Shown: piece after piece, positions 1-11,286 of the stretch
Layout of the letters: each line of letters begins with the position of its first letter
How positions within the stretch are numbered: the first letter of the stretch is position 1
NCBI GenBank assembly: GCA_039818205.1
Contig: JBCBUK010000004.1
Location: forward strand, 136,302 to 200,301
Origin: Verrucomicrobiota bacterium
Lineage (GTDB): Bacteria > Verrucomicrobiota > Verrucomicrobiia > Opitutales > Cerasicoccaceae
Direction of reading: 5' to 3'
DNA length: 64,000 nt
Made by a program: the position numbers and the translations under genes
Notes under the pieces: generated by a model
What the model was told of the DNA's origin: nothing
Databases searched by the model: none
What the model saw: the letters and a program-made list of their open reading frames with translations, nothing else

Positions 1-147
1 TCACCTTGCAATTTCGAGGGTATGAATGAGTGCTGCCAGTGCCGTATCGCCGAGCGAATCGCGGATAAGCGGATCGCCGTTCCGCCGCGTATGGCCATCG
101 CGCTGGTGACCGAGAATCAGTCCAGGGAGCGCTTGCCCAGCTCATGA
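1..147 (+). CDS. possible 3' end of an upstream CDS (partial, unknown product)
   Basis: Frame 1 is open from the window edge to TGA at 145-147, which overlaps the MFS start as ATGA; codons look coding-like but no motif recognised. Confidence 0.35.
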   Translation, partial: SPCNFEGMNECCQCRIAERIADKRIAVPPRMAIALVTENQSRERLPSS

Positions 148-1379
148 AGGACGAACGGCGTAACTTCGTTGCCCACTCCTTTGAGGGAGGGCTCTACGGC
201 GGTGGCATCGCATTCGTTTCGGCCGAGACGGTTCTGCCCGCCATGGCCGCAAGCCTGGGCGCGCCCGCTTGGGTGATCTCCCTGTTACCGGGCGCCAATT
301 TTCTTGGGCTGATGGTGGTGCCGATTTTTTTCGCCGCGTTCGTTGAGAGCAAACCGCGAATGCGGCCCATCTGCATCGCAACGGGATTTCCGCAGCGGTT
401 CGTTTTCTTCATCGCAGCCATGGCCTTGTTCCTGTTCGGGGAATCTCATCCGTTCTGGGCGATGGTGGTTGTTTCGCTTACGCCATTTCTCAGTGGAATC
501 ATTGGTGGCATCGGGCTCGGGGCTTGGATGCAGTTGGTGGCGCGTACCGTGCCGGCTGGCCGACGATCGTCAATGCATGCGCTTCGTAATCTGATCACCG
601 CAGTTATTGGCATCGGGGCGGCGTTCTTCGTGAAGTGGACGCTTGAGCGATACCCCGGAGCATTCGGTTTTGGCATTTTGCACCTCGCGGCTTTTGTGAC
701 GCTCTTTGGTTCGTTTTTGCTGTTTCTGGTAATTAAAGAGGATGTGCCGGAAACACCGATTGTGACTAAACGTCGAACCGCAAAGTCCTACCTGGTCGAC
801 TTGATGGATATCCTGCGCCAGGATAAAAATTTCCGCTACTACACCGTTATGCGCCTGTTCGGTACGGCATTTATGTTTCAGATGCCATTTATGTCGATCT
901 ATGCGCTACAGAAGCTGGAGACTTCAGAAGGATTTGTGGGCAGTTTGCTGACGGCGCAAATCATTGGAAGCGTCATTGGCAACCTGATTGGTGGATGGTG
1001 GGGGGATCGAGCGGGTGGGCGAGTATTGTTGATCACGGCGAGAATCCTATTTTTGGTGATGTATGGGCTCGGTGCAATCGCGTCTAGTGAGTGGCTGTTT
1101 TTGTTGTATTTCGGCGTCTTTGGCTTTTCGTTCACGCTCAATACGATCGGCAATTTGACCTTACTGCTTGAGATCGCTCCTGATGAGCGTCGGCCGACTT
1201 ACGGCGCGCTGGCCGGATTCATCAACGGGCCCGGGCTAATTATCTTCTCCTTGGTCGGCTCAGTCTTTTGGACCTCACTCCAGTCCATGGGATTTCAGGC
1301 AGGCGTCGCCGGGGTTGGTAGCATTATCTCGTTGATAGCCATCTGGATGGTCGTTGAGCCCCGCACTCGCAGTAACTAG
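144..1379 (+). CDS. MFS transporter
   Basis: 411 aa with about 12 hydrophobic segments; motif-A-like GWWGDRAGGR in the C-terminal half. Confidence 0.85.
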   Translation: MKDERRNFVAHSFEGGLYGGGIAFVSAETVLPAMAASLGAPAWVISLLPGANFLGLMVVPIFFAAFVESKPRMRPICIATGFPQRFVFFIAAMALFLFGESHPFWAMVVVSLTPFLSGIIGGIGLGAWMQLVARTVPAGRRSSMHALRNLITAVIGIGAAFFVKWTLERYPGAFGFGILHLAAFVTLFGSFLLFLVIKEDVPETPIVTKRRTAKSYLVDLMDILRQDKNFRYYTVMRLFGTAFMFQMPFMSIYALQKLETSEGFVGSLLTAQIIGSVIGNLIGGWWGDRAGGRVLLITARILFLVMYGLGAIASSEWLFLLYFGVFGFSFTLNTIGNLTLLLEIAPDERRPTYGALAGFINGPGLIIFSLVGSVFWTSLQSMGFQAGVAGVGSIISLIAIWMVVEPRTRSN

Positions 1380-1629
1380 CTTTTCGGGGGGATTGGGGGA
1401 TTCCTGTTTTTTGGGACGATCAGTAGTAATCGTAATTTGACGTATTGGCCCACGCTCTAGTTGAACTTTTTTTCCCTTTTGTGACATTCTGGCGTCAAGA
1501 GATTGTCGAGTAAGCCGATTATCTAGCTAGGTCATGAAAGATATAAAGCAACGAGTAAAGGACCGCGGATTATTTCGGGCGCGAATTACTCTAATCGGTA
1601 TCTCCATGGCTGCGACATACCGTAAAAAC

Positions 1630-1638
1630 TTATCCACA
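1630..1638 (+). promoter_or_regulatory. single perfect DnaA-box 9-mer (TTATCCACA)
   Basis: Exact match to the DnaA box consensus in the 1380-1690 intergenic region; only one copy seen. Confidence 0.3.
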
Positions 1639-1690
1639 AGTGCGACGATTAGCTTGCGCCAACCTTGAACTTCAATAGGCTATAATATCT

Positions 1691-2452
1691 ATGAGGGAAC
1701 CCACTCAGCGCTTTAGCCAGCGGGTGGACGATTACGCGAAGTATCGCCCCGGCTATCCAAGTCCCGCTGCCGCGATTCTTCGCGAACAATGTCAACTTCA
1801 GCCCGGTGCTCCAATTGCAGATATCGGTTCCGGGACTGGTATTTTCTCCCGTCAACTGCTTCGCAAAGGATTTCGAGTCATCGGGATTGAGCCCAATGCC
1901 GAGATGCGCGAATACGGGGCGCGGAGTCTCCGCTGTTTTCCCTTGTTCCAAAGTTGGGATGGTCGATCCGAAGAGACCGGTTTGCCCGACAACACTGTTG
2001 AAGCGATTACGGCAGCTCAGGCCTTTCATTGGTTCGATGTGGCGAAGACGCGCCGAGAGTTTCGCCGGATTTTGAAACCGGGCGGCTGGGTCTATTTGAT
2101 CTGGAACGATCGTCGCATCGAGGGTTCCGCATTTCAACGTTCCTATGAATGCCTGCTCGAAGAGTTTGGCATCGATTATCATTCGGTGAACCACCGCGGA
2201 CCGAGTCGTAATAACTTTGCGGATTTTCTGGGTGCCAACCAATTTGAATCCCGTATCTTCCCGAACTTCCAGATTTGCAACTGGGAGCAATTGCGCGGTC
2301 GAGTCCTCTCGTGCTCCTACGTGCCCCCACCAGGTGACCCGGATTGCCTCCCGATGTTGCGACGACTTGAGCAGATCTATGCGCAGCATCAGGTAAACGG
2401 CGAAGTTCGCCTGGAATATGATACCCGCGTCTTCTGGGGACGGATTTTTTAG
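1691..2452 (+). CDS. class I SAM-dependent methyltransferase
   Basis: IADIGSGTG motif I, GIEPNAEM, AAQAFHWFD, RILKPGG. Confidence 0.9.
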   Translation: MREPTQRFSQRVDDYAKYRPGYPSPAAAILREQCQLQPGAPIADIGSGTGIFSRQLLRKGFRVIGIEPNAEMREYGARSLRCFPLFQSWDGRSEETGLPDNTVEAITAAQAFHWFDVAKTRREFRRILKPGGWVYLIWNDRRIEGSAFQRSYECLLEEFGIDYHSVNHRGPSRNNFADFLGANQFESRIFPNFQICNWEQLRGRVLSCSYVPPPGDPDCLPMLRRLEQIYAQHQVNGEVRLEYDTRVFWGRIF

Positions 2453-2523
2453 GGAACAACGAGCTGCGCCGACGTTATGTTGTTGCGCCGCTTAGGCAAA
2501 TTTTTCAGCTATAGATTACTGCT

Positions 2524-3828
2524 ATGGCTGAAACTATTGAATCATCGAACTCCGGTGGAGATCCGGAGAAGAAGCAATTAAGCTGGCTGATCTGGCCGAT
2601 TGCTATCGTCGGGCTTATCGCTGCCGGCATTTACGCCTACAAGCGTTACGAATTCGATCGAACGCATATTGTTACCGATAATGCGCAGGTCCAGGGAAAG
2701 CTGGTCAAAGTTCTTGCGCCCGAACATGGGATGTTGGAGCAGGTTCTGGTATTGGACAACCAGGCCATTCGCAAGGGCGACCTCCTGGCTGAGCTGGAGA
2801 ACGAATATTACCTGCTGGCCTATCAACAGGCGCAGGCGAACCTTAACGTTTTGATTGCGCAGAAGGGTGGCGATAAGGACCAGCAAAAGTCAGATAGCCT
2901 CGCCGCCGCAAAGCTATCGTCAGCCCAAGCTAATTTACAAGTGATTCAAGCCCAGCTTGCCGAAGCCCAAGCCGCCGCCGATCAGGCAGACGCCGAAGTC
3001 AAGCGGATGGAGCGCAACAAGCAGAGTCGGACTTTTGTTCAAGCTCAATACAATCTTGCGAAGGCCAACGCAGAACAGTCGAAGGCGCAGGTCGCGACGC
3101 TTCAAAAGGAGTCTTATGCGGCGGGGCAACGGGTCCAGGAAGCGTTGGCGAGTGCAAAGCTTTTGGATTTTAATATCGATCAGGCACGGGCTCAGGTAGC
3201 GCAAGCAAAGCTCAGCCTTTCTTACACGGAGATAAGATCTCCAATCAACGGCAACGTAGCCCAGCTCAATATTTATCCGGGTAGCACGGTCGAACAGGGG
3301 CAGTATATGATGACGGTCGTATCGGCCGACGACAAATGGCTGGTGGCCAACATTAAGGAAACGCTTTTCGAGAAGGTATTCCTAGGAGACAAGGTCGATA
3401 TCAAAATTGACGCGTTTCCGGGTACCGATTTTCGCGGTGTGGTGGAAAGCTATTCACCAGCAGCGGGGAATCAGTTCAGTATCTTGCCGCGCAACAACGC
3501 GAGTGGAAATTTCATCAAGGTAGAGGCTTTGATCCCAGTGAGAATCAAGTTCACTGAGCCGCTTACCGAAATTGAAAAACTGGTCCCCGGGATGAGTGCT
3601 GAGGTGACGATTACAATTGATCCCGATCGCAAATGGGAAAAAGCCGAAGAACCGGCTTACTCGGAACCCGCGACGAGCACGGCGAGCGCAGATTCAGCGA
3701 AGCCATCCAGCGATGTTAAATCGCCAGCCGTTGCTGATTCCACCAAACCTGCTGCCAAAGAATCAGCGGGAGATTCAAAGCCAGCTAAGGATTCGTCAAC
3801 AAGCACCGATTCCAATCATGGCCAGTGA
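2524..3828 (+). CDS. HlyD/EmrA-family membrane fusion protein
   Basis: N-terminal TM, TDNAQV, coiled-coil hairpin, YTEIRSPING, FSILPRNNASGNFIKV, LVPGMSAEV; low-complexity C-terminal tail. Confidence 0.9.
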   Translation: MAETIESSNSGGDPEKKQLSWLIWPIAIVGLIAAGIYAYKRYEFDRTHIVTDNAQVQGKLVKVLAPEHGMLEQVLVLDNQAIRKGDLLAELENEYYLLAYQQAQANLNVLIAQKGGDKDQQKSDSLAAAKLSSAQANLQVIQAQLAEAQAAADQADAEVKRMERNKQSRTFVQAQYNLAKANAEQSKAQVATLQKESYAAGQRVQEALASAKLLDFNIDQARAQVAQAKLSLSYTEIRSPINGNVAQLNIYPGSTVEQGQYMMTVVSADDKWLVANIKETLFEKVFLGDKVDIKIDAFPGTDFRGVVESYSPAAGNQFSILPRNNASGNFIKVEALIPVRIKFTEPLTEIEKLVPGMSAEVTITIDPDRKWEKAEEPAYSEPATSTASADSAKPSSDVKSPAVADSTKPAAKESAGDSKPAKDSSTSTDSNHGQ

Positions 3829-5374
3829 GGAATCCGGTCACCCTCAGCGCTATCTAATTGCCCTGGCGGTTACCTTGTCGTCGCTGGTCGAGGGCCTTGA
3901 CACCTCGGTGGTCAATGTCTCGGTGCCCGAGATGATGGGCAGCCTTGGGGTATCTTTAGACCAAATTGCCTGGGTATCCACGGGGTACATTCTCTCAAAT
4001 GTGATTATCATCCCATTGACGGGCTGGCTAGCGTCGTTGTTCGGGCGGAAGCGTTACTTTACCGGCTCACTGATCTTGTTTACGGTGGCGAGCTTCCTGT
4101 GCGGTCAAGCGAAGAGCCTGGAGACCCTCATATTTTGGCGGGTCATGCAGGGCATTGGCGGTGGCGCCTTGGTGGCAACCTCGCAGGCCATTTTGTACGA
4201 AGTGTTTCCCAGCCGAGAACACTCGCGAGCGATGGCGCTTTGGGGCATGGGTATCATGGTCGGTCCGGCGATGGGCCCTGTAATCGGTGGTTATTTGACC
4301 GAGACGCTTTCGTGGCCGTGGATATTCTATGTCAATATTCCGGTCTGCATCGCGGCGTTGATCCTGGTGGTTTTCCTCGTTCCAGATTCGAAGTACGATG
4401 AACCCGTTCGGCGGGTCGACTTTCTGGGCCTGGTGCTGCTGGCAGTTGGGCTCGGAGCCTGCCAGTTGTTTCTGGAAGATGGGAATGCAATCGGCTGGCT
4501 CAGTTCGATCGAAGGTATTGAGCTTGCGGGTCTCACTCTGTTTTGTCTGGGACTATTCATCTGGCGGGAACTGAGCTTCGAAAGTCCCGTCGTGGATTTG
4601 CGGGTTCTAGCTAACGCCCAGTTTACGGCCTGCTGTTTATTTACCTTCGTCCAGGCCTTGTGTACCCTGGCGATTGTCTTCGTGACGCCGCTCCTGCTGC
4701 TCGATTTGATGGGATACACGGCGTTGCAGACTGGTATGATCATGCTTCCTGTGGCGCTTGGGACCAGTCTGGTGATGTTTGTAGTTGGTCGAATATCGCA
4801 CCTTTGCAATCCCTATGCATTGATTTCTTTTGGTGTCGCAATCTTTCTCTACGCCATGTGGCGGTATAGTTATTTCGATATCCTGACCCCAGAATCTGCC
4901 TTTACCTGGCCGCTGCTCCTGCGGGGAATTGGCTTGGGAATGATCTTTGTCCCGCTGAATGCCTTGGCCGTGGCCGACCTCCATCCCGACAAGCACGCCG
5001 CCGCGACGGGTTTACTGAATCTCACCCGTCAGTTTGGGGCCAGCGTTGGTGTCGCGGTAGCCGCAGCCGTCTTGGGGAGTATGCAGGGGGAGTTCGAAGC
5101 CGTGCTTATCGATTCCGCAAGCGGGAGCTCACCAGAGTTCGCAGTGGTGCGCGAGGTGGTGTTGGCTCGCTTGCACGCGGATGGTATTACCGAGCCCGAT
5201 GCCCACATTGCGGCCTTGGGAATGCTGGAGAAGTATACGCATCAACAGGCGACCAGTATCGCCTTCGATCGAATCTTCACCATTTTTGGGTTGGCGTTGC
5301 TCGTAGCACTGCCGCTGATCGTTTTCATGCGGAAGAATCCAGAGCGGTCCATGGCAGCACCGGTCGGGCATTAG
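3818..5374 (+). CDS. DHA2 (EmrB/QacA) family efflux MFS transporter
   Basis: LDTSVVNV, WVSTGY, RVMQGIGGG, GPVIGGYLT, WPWIFYVNIP; start moved to ATG 3818, overlapping the end of the emrA-like gene. Confidence 0.9.
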   Translation: MASEESGHPQRYLIALAVTLSSLVEGLDTSVVNVSVPEMMGSLGVSLDQIAWVSTGYILSNVIIIPLTGWLASLFGRKRYFTGSLILFTVASFLCGQAKSLETLIFWRVMQGIGGGALVATSQAILYEVFPSREHSRAMALWGMGIMVGPAMGPVIGGYLTETLSWPWIFYVNIPVCIAALILVVFLVPDSKYDEPVRRVDFLGLVLLAVGLGACQLFLEDGNAIGWLSSIEGIELAGLTLFCLGLFIWRELSFESPVVDLRVLANAQFTACCLFTFVQALCTLAIVFVTPLLLLDLMGYTALQTGMIMLPVALGTSLVMFVVGRISHLCNPYALISFGVAIFLYAMWRYSYFDILTPESAFTWPLLLRGIGLGMIFVPLNALAVADLHPDKHAAATGLLNLTRQFGASVGVAVAAAVLGSMQGEFEAVLIDSASGSSPEFAVVREVVLARLHADGITEPDAHIAALGMLEKYTHQQATSIAFDRIFTIFGLALLVALPLIVFMRKNPERSMAAPVGH

Positions 5375-5452
5375 AAGTTTCTGATTTCCGCTGATCTACA
5401 GGATTGCTATATCGTATGAATTCTTCTATCTACTGGATATCTACTACTGAAA

Positions 5453-6277
5453 ATGAGTCGTTTCCTCAACACTGCTTTGTTGGCAACACTAGTCGCGGCC
5501 GCTCCATTGAGTGGGGTCGTGCCGATTCATTATTTTCCATTTGATGGTAACACCGTTGACGTAAACGGTGGCGCCGCAACTCAAGTTTTTGGCGCGCCAA
5601 CTTACGTTCCCGGCCGAACATCCATTGATTTCGGAGGTCAAGAGACAGCCTTGTCCTCTCTTGCGCTGGACCAGTCGAACCTAGCGATTCAGTTGAATGG
5701 GACGACAGACTTTATCCGGGCCTTTGTTGACATAAACCCGTCCTCATTGCCGGATTTGACCATGGGTGCCTGGGTGATGCCGTCGACCGTCGCTCCAAGC
5801 CGCCAGATCATTTCCCATGATAGCGGTGGCTTTGATCGCAGTCTGGGCCTCGATGGCCGTGGTGGTGGTACCGGCTGGTCTGCCTTTACCGGCGCGGGAG
5901 TCCTAGGCGTTGTCCCGGCCGAAGTCGGCGTGTGGCAGTTTGTCGCGGTTGTCTATGATGGGGAGACGTCGACGACGCGCCTCTACGTTTACAATGAGTC
6001 CTCAGGGGTTACTGAGATTCGCACGGGCGGATTTTCAAACAGTGCCGGATGGACCTACTCAGACATCGGACACAATCCGTCTTTCGGGGAATTCTTTGGC
6101 GGCGCGGTCGACGATGTTTTCTTTTTTGATGAGGCCCTGACGGATACCCAACTCGAGCAAGTACGCATTAATGGCCCGGAGGCGGTGCCGGAGGCGTCGA
6201 CCGTCGTCTTGGTGACGCTGGGAGCTGCGATGTGCTTGGGGTGGGGGATGTTACGTCGCCGTCGCTCACAGTCTTAG
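5453..6277 (+). CDS. LamG-like jellyroll (ConA-like) domain protein with PEP-CTERM sorting signal
   Basis: Signal peptide; HYFPFDGN, WQFVAVVYDG, FFGGAVDDVFFFDEALT; C-terminal VPEAST + TM helix + RRRR. Confidence 0.85.
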   Translation: MSRFLNTALLATLVAAAPLSGVVPIHYFPFDGNTVDVNGGAATQVFGAPTYVPGRTSIDFGGQETALSSLALDQSNLAIQLNGTTDFIRAFVDINPSSLPDLTMGAWVMPSTVAPSRQIISHDSGGFDRSLGLDGRGGGTGWSAFTGAGVLGVVPAEVGVWQFVAVVYDGETSTTRLYVYNESSGVTEIRTGGFSNSAGWTYSDIGHNPSFGEFFGGAVDDVFFFDEALTDTQLEQVRINGPEAVPEASTVVLVTLGAAMCLGWGMLRRRRSQS

Positions 6278-6436
6278 ACGGTGAAAATTTGTTGCCGAGC
6301 GCTGCAACCACGGCTTGCCTGGGTTACTTGATTGGGTGATCGCAGATCGAAGCTTTACAATTTGGGCTAATATCCCTAACAACTTCGCCCCTTCGAACGA
6401 GTGCGCCGACCCCGCGCTCTCGAGGAGAGCAAAGTT

Positions 6437-8140
6437 ATGTTAGATTTTTTCCGCAAGCGGACAGCGAACCTTAGGGATGATTTACTTTCGGGACTTACCG
6501 TTGCACTCGCATTGGTTCCCGAGGCGATTGCGTTTGCCTTCGTCGCTGGAGTTTCGCCAGTCATCGGCCTCTACTCGGCATTTTTTATCGGCTTAATTTC
6601 ATCGATCTTCGGTGGTCGTCCCGGGATGATTTCGGGCGCGACGGGCGCCATGGCCGTTGTCGCAGTCGGCTTGGTTGCAATGCACGGCGTCGAGTACTTG
6701 TTTCCCGCGATCGTGCTTTGCGGAATTATCCAGATTGTTGCCGGCGTGGGTAAGTTGGGGCAGTTCATTCGTATGGTTCCGCATTCCGTGATGCTCGGCT
6801 TCGTAAATGGATTGGCGATTGTGATTTTCTTGGCGCAGTTCGGTAGCTTTAAAACCGTCGATGACACCGGCAACTTGGTGTATCTACAAGGGGCGTCGTT
6901 TTGGATCATGCTGGTTCTGGTGTTTCTGACGATGGCGATCATCTGGTTGTTGCCGAAGTTCACCCGTTCCGTTCCGGCTTCCTTGGCGGCTATCTTAGTC
7001 GTCACCATTTTATCCATCGGAATAAACAAGGGGGCGCCGGAAAGCTGGAGAGCCGAGAATCAGCCAAATGTCATGCTGACGGTTGGCGACATGCTGAAGA
7101 CCAACGTTGCGGCCCGCGAAACAGCGGAGGTCCGCAAGGAGTTTGGTGAAGACGTGGCACAGTCAAAAATCGATGAAGCTGTTGCAGTCGCAGTTGAGAA
7201 AGAGGGCGGTATTAAAGCCGGGCTTCCCAGCATTTATTTCTTCGATAGCGACTACAAGGGCATGTTACCACCCTTCAACTTTCAAACGCTGTGGATCATC
7301 CTTCCATTTGCGCTGACTTTTGCTGCGGTCGGCCTGATCGAGTCGCTCATGACGATGTCGCTCATCGACGAGATCACGGAGACACGTGGTCGGGGGAATC
7401 GCGAATGTTTCGGGCAAGGCCTGGCAAACGTGGTTTGCGGCTTGTTCGGTGGTATGGGGGGTTGTGCTATGATTGGACAATCGCTTATCAATGTGAACTC
7501 AGGTGGACGTGGCCGAGCCAGCGGCATTACTGCGGCGGTGTGCTTGCTGCTATTCGTGCTCGTTTTGGCGCCGTTGATTGAGATGATCCCGATGGCGGCG
7601 CTGGTTGGCGTGATGTTCATGGTGGTGATTGGCACCTTCGAGTGGGCGAGTTTGGAGACTTTCCGCAAGATCCCCATGAGCGACGTGCTCGTCATGGTGG
7701 TGGTTGCGGGTTACACGGTTTTGATGCACGACTTGGCGACCGCGGTCATTCTTGGTGTGATCATTTCGGCGCTCGTTTTCGCCTGGCAACACGCGACTCA
7801 CTTGGGCGCTGACGTCAAGATGAACGATCACGGCAGCAAGATCTATCAGCTCCACGGTCCTTTGTTTTTTGCTTCGGTGTCTTCCTTTAAGGAGTTGTTT
7901 GATCCGCGTGCGGATCCGGATGATGTGGTGATCGATTTTTACTATACGCGTATTTATGACCAGTCGGCATTGGAGGCGATCAACACCCTCGCCGAGAAAT
8001 ACACCGGTCTGGGTAAGCGTTTGCACCTGACTCACCTTTCGCCCGATTGCCGTCGGCTGTTGGACAAGGCTGGGGACATGGTGGAGGTGAATCTATCCGA
8101 GGATCCGCAGTACCACGTGGCGACCGAGCGCCTAGACTAG
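6437..8140 (+). CDS. SulP/SLC26 family inorganic anion transporter with STAS domain
   Basis: [52 protein letters not shown] 6437 preceded by GAGGAG. Confidence 0.92.
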   Translation: MLDFFRKRTANLRDDLLSGLTVALALVPEAIAFAFVAGVSPVIGLYSAFFIGLISSIFGGRPGMISGATGAMAVVAVGLVAMHGVEYLFPAIVLCGIIQIVAGVGKLGQFIRMVPHSVMLGFVNGLAIVIFLAQFGSFKTVDDTGNLVYLQGASFWIMLVLVFLTMAIIWLLPKFTRSVPASLAAILVVTILSIGINKGAPESWRAENQPNVMLTVGDMLKTNVAARETAEVRKEFGEDVAQSKIDEAVAVAVEKEGGIKAGLPSIYFFDSDYKGMLPPFNFQTLWIILPFALTFAAVGLIESLMTMSLIDEITETRGRGNRECFGQGLANVVCGLFGGMGGCAMIGQSLINVNSGGRGRASGITAAVCLLLFVLVLAPLIEMIPMAALVGVMFMVVIGTFEWASLETFRKIPMSDVLVMVVVAGYTVLMHDLATAVILGVIISALVFAWQHATHLGADVKMNDHGSKIYQLHGPLFFASVSSFKELFDPRADPDDVVIDFYYTRIYDQSALEAINTLAEKYTGLGKRLHLTHLSPDCRRLLDKAGDMVEVNLSEDPQYHVATERLD

Positions 8141-9327
8141 GATTTGAGCTCGTTGAACGCGGCGAGCGTGTCGCGCGCAAAATCGTCCCAAGTTCGAAAT
8201 GTTCGGGCTTGGGCTTCGCGCGCTAATTGTGCCCGGCGATCAGGATCGTTAAGCAGGGAGCCAATCGCAGTGGCCAAATGCTGCGCGCTCGGCTCCTCGA
8301 CGGTTGCACACCCGCCCTCTGAGGCGACTTCTCCCATGGCACTTTGGGCTGAAACGACGCAGGGTTTTCCGAAGGCCAGGCTTTCAAGAATGGGTAGCCC
8401 AAACCCTTCCATCAGTGATGGGTAAACCGTAAAGTCACAGTCTTGGTAGGCTCGCTTCAGGTCTTCATCGCTGACGCCGCGTTCCCAAGTGATCGGGTGG
8501 CCGGCGTCTTTGAGTCGTTGAAACTTATCGGCGGCGATCTGGCCGGTTTCTTGGTTCAGGTTGCCGATGAAGCGGAGTTGGAATCGTTGGCCGTCGGCCC
8601 ACAGACGTTCTGCCGCCTCAAGCAGGGCAATTTGGTTTTTTCGCCCTTCGAAGGTTCCAACACAAAGGACAACCGGCTCTGCGTTTTCGGTTGTTGAGGG
8701 CTGAGCCTTAATGTCCGAAAAGTCGACTCCTAATGGCGCTGCGAAGATCGGCGGATGGTCGAGAATGCCTTGTTCTTGCCAGTAAGATTCGAGATCGAGT
8801 TTTGTGGCGTAGGAGTTGGCCACGATGCCGTCGAAAATTCGAAGGTGCTCCAGGTAGGCGGGATAGCGCTCAACCGTAACCTTCGGCAGAAACTGCGGAA
8901 GATGAATCGCAATGAGGTCGTGGATAACCGCGATTTTGGGAGCCTTGAGCTTTGGGAAAAGTTTCTGATACCCGCGGAACTGATCGGGCCCAAACCACTC
9001 GGGCGCGAAGAACCCGTCGATAGACTGCTCGTTGGCCGGTGCAAAAACCTCGTAGCCACAGGGTAAGCCGATACTCGCCAGAAAGCGGGCGGACTTTATG
9101 TGGGCTAGCGACCGCTTGGCCGGTGCCTCTGCCGTCGCGTCGTTCCAGTCAACCAGTTTGCGCTCGGTTTCGTTGAGTCGGCGCCAAATGCGTATGTGGT
9201 GATCGTAGCATATCGGCTCCGCGTCAGTCTGGTTTTTCAGCGCTGCAAAAGCGGCGCGACAGACCCGTTGAATGCCGGTGTGCGAGGCGTAGTGACTCGT
9301 GTGGGATAAATCGACGAAGAGTGACAT
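8137..9327 (-). CDS. glycosyltransferase family 4 (GT-B)
   Basis: [34 protein letters not shown]. Confidence 0.9.
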   Translation of the reverse strand: MSLFVDLSHTSHYASHTGIQRVCRAAFAALKNQTDAEPICYDHHIRIWRRLNETERKLVDWNDATAEAPAKRSLAHIKSARFLASIGLPCGYEVFAPANEQSIDGFFAPEWFGPDQFRGYQKLFPKLKAPKIAVIHDLIAIHLPQFLPKVTVERYPAYLEHLRIFDGIVANSYATKLDLESYWQEQGILDHPPIFAAPLGVDFSDIKAQPSTTENAEPVVLCVGTFEGRKNQIALLEAAERLWADGQRFQLRFIGNLNQETGQIAADKFQRLKDAGHPITWERGVSDEDLKRAYQDCDFTVYPSLMEGFGLPILESLAFGKPCVVSAQSAMGEVASEGGCATVEEPSAQHLATAIGSLLNDPDRRAQLAREAQARTFRTWDDFARDTLAAFNELKS

Positions 9328-11286
9328 TTAACTTCCCCAGGCCGAGATTTCTTCGAGCCAGAGTGTTGCCATCGCATCACTGGGCATGCGCCAATCTCCG
9401 CGAGGCGAGAGTGCGACTGTTCCAACCTTGGGACCATCCGGGCAGCAGGAGCGCTTGAACTGTTGGGAGAAAAATCGCCGATAGAAAACCGTGAGCCAAT
9501 GTTTGACGGTTTCGCGATCATAGCCGCTAGCGAAAGCGTTCTCCGCTAGGAACAGAATCTTGCTGGGCCCGTAGCCAAAGCGAACCATCTGAAATAGGAA
9601 GAAGTCATGGAGTTCGTAGGGGCCGACGCTATCTTCGGTCATTTGTTGGAGTTCGCCTTCGTCGGACAGGGGGAGAAGCTCTGGGGTGATCGGCGTCGCA
9701 GCGATATCATGTAGAAGAGCCTGAGCCGTTTCGGCGAAGACTTCATCAGCACACCAATCGACGAGATACCGAACCAGCGTTTTGGGCACACCGATATTGA
9801 CGTGATACATCGAAATGTGGTCACCGGCGTAGGTCATCCAACCCAAGGCGGCTTCGGAGAGATCCCCCGTGCCGAGGACAAATCCGCCAACTTGGTTGGC
9901 GAGATTCATCAAGATCTGCGTGCGCTCGCGAGCCTGAGTATTTTCGTAAACGACATCATGGTTCGATTCGTCGTGTCCTATATCGACAAAGTGTTGGCGC
10001 GCTGCGGCATCGATCGAAATGGTGCGAAGTTCAACCCCTAATACCTTGGCGAGCTCCGAGGCATTCGACTTGGTGCGCCCGGTGGTTCCAAATCCCGGCA
10101 TGGTCACCGCCAGGATGCCGCTGCGTTTGAGGCTCAGCCGATCGAAGGCGTGCACGGCAACCAGTAGTGCTAGCGTGGAGTCCAAGCCACCTGAAATCCC
10201 CAATACAAGTCGCTTGGCATTGGTATGGCGCAGTCTCTTGGCCAACCCCGTCGCTTGGATTGCGAAAATCTCACGGCATCGTTCCGCCCGTCGTCGTTGG
10301 TCGCTCGGGACGAATGGATGGGCGTTTACTTTGCGAAGCAGAGCATTTCCAGGGACCGACTCGATCAATGGAAGCGATACGGCAATAACCCGGTAGGCGT
10401 TCTCGACCGGGGTGCCGGTGAAGGTTGTGTTGCGCAGGCGTTCCTGCGCACAGTGCTCAAGGTCGATGTCGGCGAAGGTTGTGTTCGTCGAGAAATCAAA
10501 GCGATCGCCCTCAGCAACGACGTGGCCGTTTTCAACTGCGAGACAATGGCCGGAGTATACGACGTCGGTGCTAGATTCGCCCGGGCCAGCACTCGCGTAA
10601 AGATAGGCGGCTAGGCAGCGGGCCGATTGCTGTTTGATGAGGCTGCGGCGGTAGTCGACCTTGCCGAGGAGTTCATCACTCGCAGACGGATTGGCGATAA
10701 CCGTTGCGCCCGCTAACGCCAGTTTGCCGCTGGGCGGTTCGGTTGCCCACAAATCTTCGCAGATTTCGATCCCCAGAGAAAGGTGCTCGAATTGCTCGAA
10801 CCGGAATATCAGATCGGTGCCGACCGGAATCATTTCGCCGTCACACTCGATGGAATCGGTCAGGAGGTCCTTGGCGGCGGCAAACCAACGTTGTTCGTAA
10901 AACTCAACGTAGTTCGGCAGGTGAGTCTTTGGGACAAGTCCAAGAATTTCACCGTTGGCGACCGCTGCTGCCACGTTGAAGAGCCTTCCCTGCAGTTCCA
11001 CGGGCAGACCAATAATTGCGGCGCAGGGGAGGGTGGCTGAGGCGTCCCGCAGTTGCCGGAGGGCATTCCAGGCTGCATTCCTTAAGGTGCGGTCGAAGAA
11101 AAGATCGGCGCAGGTGTAGCCAGTCAACGCGAGTTCCGGGAAGACGGCAATGCGAGCACCCTGCTGGGCCGCATCCTGCCAGGCCTGCAAAATCTTTGTG
11201 GTGTTAAAACCCACGTCGGCCACGCGCAGCTCTGGCGCAATCGTTGCAGTGCGCAGGAAACCGAAATCTTCAGGGTTGGCTGGCAT
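9328..11286 (-). CDS. nadE: glutamine-dependent NAD+ synthetase
   Basis: Nitrilase domain ([24 protein letters not shown]) fused to synthetase domain ([30 protein letters not shown]). Confidence 0.96.
   Translation of the reverse strand: MPANPEDFGFLRTATIAPELRVADVGFNTTKILQAWQDAAQQGARIAVFPELALTGYTCADLFFDRTLRNAAWNALRQLRDASATLPCAAIIGLPVELQGRLFNVAAAVANGEILGLVPKTHLPNYVEFYEQRWFAAAKDLLTDSIECDGEMIPVGTDLIFRFEQFEHLSLGIEICEDLWATEPPSGKLALAGATVIANPSASDELLGKVDYRRSLIKQQSARCLAAYLYASAGPGESSTDVVYSGHCLAVENGHVVAEGDRFDFSTNTTFADIDLEHCAQERLRNTTFTGTPVENAYRVIAVSLPLIESVPGNALLRKVNAHPFVPSDQRRRAERCREIFAIQATGLAKRLRHTNAKRLVLGISGGLDSTLALLVAVHAFDRLSLKRSGILAVTMPGFGTTGRTKSNASELAKVLGVELRTISIDAAARQHFVDIGHDESNHDVVYENTQARERTQILMNLANQVGGFVLGTGDLSEAALGWMTYAGDHISMYHVNIGVPKTLVRYLVDWCADEVFAETAQALLHDIAATPITPELLPLSDEGELQQMTEDSVGPYELHDFFLFQMVRFGYGPSKILFLAENAFASGYDRETVKHWLTVFYRRFFSQQFKRSCCPDGPKVGTVALSPRGDWRMPSDAMATLWLEEISAWGS

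Noticed and set aside
1630..1638. oriC suggested by the DnaA box
   Set aside because: Only one box, no cluster or clear unwinding element, no dnaA/dnaN/gidA neighbours
1649..2459. Minus-strand ORFs of 246 and 150 aa
   Set aside because: Antisense to the clearly recognisable methyltransferase
3617..3817. N-terminal extension of the EmrB-like ORF
   Set aside because: Overlaps the end of the EmrA-like gene; ATG 3818 gives a normal-length protein
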